Made by a program: the position numbers and the translations under genes. Below, in pieces: positions 60,468 through 64,000 of a stretch of 64,000 nt of DNA; the first letter of the stretch is position 1, and every line of letters starts with the position of its first letter. The notes under the pieces were generated by a model, which made no database searches, had not been told where the DNA came from, and was given only the letters and a program-made list of their open reading frames with translations. The stretch lies in the NCBI GenBank assembly GCA_000708835.1, contig DF237392.1:12876-76875 (forward strand), read 5' to 3'. This DNA is from Klebsormidium nitens (taxonomy: Eukaryota; Plantae; Klebsormidiophyceae).

Positions 60468-62640
60468 TTAGCGGGCGGGGAGGAGGGGCGCCTGAATCCC
60501 ACCAGCTGCGTGCAGAAACAGAAAAGGTTTGGAGTGTTGAAAGGAGCCATCGGTCGTCAAATCCGCAATGTCTAAGTGTCTTCCGTGAACTATGTCGATG
60601 CTTTTTAGTCAAGCATGAGGTTTTGCAACAATCACGACTACTTTTGAATTCTTCGAATCACCATATTTAGGACCATAGAAAGAACCAGACTTCTGAGCCC
60701 GGAACGCGCTTTGAGTCACGCCAGCTCAAAGTCCAAAAGCCCTTTCAATCCGGGCCCTGCTTTAGAGTGAAACACGGCAAAGTCAGCCACAAGAAGAAGT
60801 TCAGGGCCTCAGATGCACCCCAGCCGGGTTGGTGGCCCGGTGAATTAAGTGCTATCGATCCAGGCAAGGCTAATGAACCGGAGACTTCGTGGTACGTACC
60901 TGTAGCGGCCCCGGGCGTCGGGGCGCCTGCGAAAGCAGCCGGGCTGGGCCCAGTCAAGGGGCCCGGTGAAGTCGGGCCGACGGCGAGAGCGGTCGGGATG
61001 GGAGCAGGGGTTTGGGTGGGAGTTGGGGCTGGGGTAACAATCGGGTTTGACGGAGGCGTAACGCTTGGGGTGATAATAGGACCCGGGGTAGGAGAAGGTT
61101 GGGCGGGGGCTGACGGGATTTGAACGGGCCGGGTCACCAGTAAAACACATCCAGACAGAGACACAGACTCTGCGGCGTAGAGGTCAACCGGGTTTGACAA
61201 GACGGGGCAGGGTTGAGGGCAGCAAACAATCAACATCACCGTTTGAATCGTGGGATAGATTGCCTCTATCACGTTATAGGGGCCGCAGGGTAGCCCGTTG
61301 GGCAGTTGAGCGGAGCAGAACGCGTAGTCACCTGGGCCTGCAAGGAGAAGGGCGCCACATTCAATCTACTCATACCGGCGGTTGCTGTTTTGCGGTTTCT
61401 ATGTGGGCAACGTCGCTGCGTTAAAATAATTGAAGCTGATATGGACCAACGGCGCAAAGGTGATTGGTCGTTACGTAGCTTGGAGTTTGAGTTGACCGCC
61501 TTCAGCTTCGTATCCAGGTCAGTGAAGGACCCTTTCAGTCGGTTTAAACCCGATGATTGGAGAGCATTGACGCCTTTCAAATAAATTTTCACAGCCCATT
61601 TCCTCACTTATTTCACAAGCTTCTTGATAGGAGTCCTAATCTGTGGCTCATGGATAAAGAACCGATTACAAGGACACTAACAAGGCCAAAACTCATGCAT
61701 GAAACTTCCGATGAAACCAAGGCCCAAGTCAGGTCAAGAAGAACTTTCCGCGCATATAAGGAACTCAGAAAACAAACTTTCAGCCCTCAGGAATGTACCA
61801 AATTGCAGCAGCTTGCGCGAGCTGGCCACGGATGTGCGCGCGCTGCCTGGACTGCGCGAGTAGTCAGGGTTGCGAGCCGGCGGACTCGCGCGAGCTAGCG
61901 GAGTTGACCTCGCCCAACTGGTTGCCCATGTTCCCGCCTGCCTGCTTCTGTAAACGAGCGCCGTAAACCTGCGAAGTGACGGCATGTTTTGTTCCTGAAT
62001 CACAATCATTTTACAGTATAATATTTTCCTCAGTGATTCCCCCTACACAGAAGCGGTTGATAATTTCAGCATCAGCCCACCGTTTTGTTTTCAGTCAGGG
62101 CGGAAATCAGTGGCTTGTGGAGGAAACCGGAAACCTGTGTTGGCTCAGGTCTACACGAGACACCCAAAGAAGGTTGGTTTGGATAAAACGAGTTCTTTGC
62201 AGATCAGTTCTGGCCCCGCTCTAGCCTTTCGTATGTACCAGAACATGACCAAAAGCTTGTTCGAGTGAATTCTTGTCGCTCGGTCAACCTCTTAGAGCTA
62301 AGATCTATGCAACCTTTTGGGCCAAGTCGGAACGTAGATAATACCTGGTCTTGAAGAGGACCCCGTCCTGCAAATGTCTCTTCATTTTAACACATTGCAT
62401 AGCATTGCCAGCTCCGAAGGATGCTAACATCGATTGGTCCTTCCTCTAGCTTCCAAGGCTTCGACATGGAGATGCATATATCAATCAAAGCCAACCTTAT
62501 TGAGTCTTTCAGATCAATGAAATGCTAAATCTCCAAATATAATAAGGCTTGAGCCGCTCATGAGCTGAGTGACTTACCTCTCCGCCCAATGCTCCCAACA
62601 ATAGCAAGCCCAAGAGAGTGACCATTGTTGGGGACGCCAT
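60468..62640 (-). CDS. Secreted chimeric Pro/Thr/Ala-rich (arabinogalactan-protein-like) protein, 4 exons (about 62640-62578, 61942-61796, 61338-60900, 60505-60468)
   Basis: Signal peptide MASPTMVTLLGLLLLGALGGE, then ...VASSRKLLQF, a short Cys-containing segment (FCSAQLPNGLPCGPY...VCCPQPCP...SGC) and PSPTPGPIITPSVTPPSNPIVTPAPTPTQTPAP repeats, ending AGGIQAPLLPAR*. GT-AG introns are in consistent phase. Confidence 0.65.
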
Positions 62641-64000
62641 TGTTGCAGACAACAAGCCGCAGTAAGGAATAGAAAAGGGGCCGGTCTCAGGTCCTAGTAC
62701 GGTGTCCTGAGTCGGTCTTAGCAAGGTGCAGGAAAGAGGGGCTTTGAGAAGGACTTTGGAAACTTTGGGTTGGAATCAGCTATAATTGGCCCCATTGAAG
62801 CCTTTGTAGCAGACTAGAAACGATAGATTGCACTGCAGAGCTGAGCACTTTGCTCTGCTCAGACAAGCGTTCTCATCCTATGAAGACCGGCGACCCGTTT
62901 CCGTTCAATCTAATCATGGAGCAAAGCCCAGTTCGAGTGAGTCCAGAGCGGCCTCCCGGCCAGACAGCACGGCGACTAAGGGCCCGGTGTAGATATCATC
63001 CCGGCCTCGACACCTGGATATTCTCTTGCACAATTTCCACTAGGCTTTCGCCCGGCTTTCACCCCGAGGACCACCGGGTTGCGGCCCGGGGGTCTCACCT
63101 TTCTGGCTGTTTCTAGGGTGAGTCGCGGAATTACTCCAGTCTTGTTGATCGCGCCTCAGGGGAAAAGTCAATCCTCTCTCTTAAGCATTCCCTCGTAGAA
63201 GGCGCTCACCTCGAGACGAAGTGCTGGGTATCGATGGACGGAGAAGTAAGTTTGCAAGAGACAGGAGAGAGTCTGAGTTCCGTAGCTGATTTTATCAAGC
63301 TTGGACGGCGCTCGAGGCTCACCAGTCACCATGACGATTTTTGCCCATTCCGTGCGATCCACACACGCGCGAGCGCCTCTGTTCTTCCTGTTCATATCCA
63401 AGCTTACACGTCAACCTCGGAACTCAACCCAACTGTGCTGTGGTAATCTGTCAGCTCCGAGGGGTTGGGGCGGCGTCTCGGCGCCTGCGTGGCCGATTTC
63501 GGAAGCGCCATATGGTCACGCGCGCGCCGCGGTTGGACGGCGAGCGTGCCCTCCCTGCCCAATGATGGAAGAACGTAATCTTCTGTAGTACAGAAAGATT
63601 TAGGTTCATTGCCGACCCTGCTTTTCCAATACCTCCATTAACTCCCCTACCACGATGCCGGAAAGCCTCATCCCGTTTCGACCCGTTCTCCAGGCCCGGA
63701 CCGCTTGCCTGCGTCAATCGCGCGCACGCTCACGGCCGCCGTCCTAAGCGCTCGCGCACACCTCCAGCCGGTAAACCTCCAAGGCAACCAGCCGAGCCGA
63801 GCAATATCCGATGCGCGGAATGGCGCCCGCGACCGATTGTCTAAATTCCGAGGTCTGATTGTCCGACCCATACAGCTTGCGGGCGGAACGAAACAGGCAA
63901 AGTGCGCCACGTGCACTTGGCTGTCTCCAGATTTGCGCCGCCGAGCTTGCACTGGCACCGCTTTATTGTTCGCTCTGTGTTTCATCATGATCGATCAAAC

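Noticed and set aside
62750-64000. Short ORFs and GC-rich patches at the window end
   Set aside because: No motif or splice chain could be established; the region may be promoter or intergenic, or belong to a gene beyond the window.

Overview
Eukaryotic, intron-rich nuclear DNA with GC3-rich exons, GT-AG introns and a 277-nt N gap at 43603-43879. The gene content suggests a streptophyte green alga of the Klebsormidium type; this is inference, not a database hit. Six spliced genes can be assembled by hand with consistent intron phases: a TSJT1/Wali7-like Ntn-hydrolase-fold protein (+), a P3A plasma-membrane H+-ATPase (-), a large SF2-ATPase/Z1-domain-like protein resembling prokaryotic restriction-modification-associated proteins (-, one junction unresolved), an At1g24560/At3g49055-like coiled-coil protein (-), an AWPM-19-like membrane protein (-) and a secreted Pro/Thr/Ala-rich AGP-like protein (-). 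There is also a frameshifted CbbX/SpoVK-type AAA+ pseudogene, a TTAA-flanked non-autonomous DNA transposon with bipartite inverted repeats, and a foldback hairpin. Two signals stand out. (1) The intron-containing, apparently intact Z1-domain gene with an altered Walker A. (2) A window-wide pattern in which introns of five different genes carry decayed tandem copies ('echoes') of their own adjacent exon/splice junction, many with the GT or AG still intact. No rRNA, tRNA or CRISPR array is supported. Exon boundaries were read by eye and may be off by a few bases.
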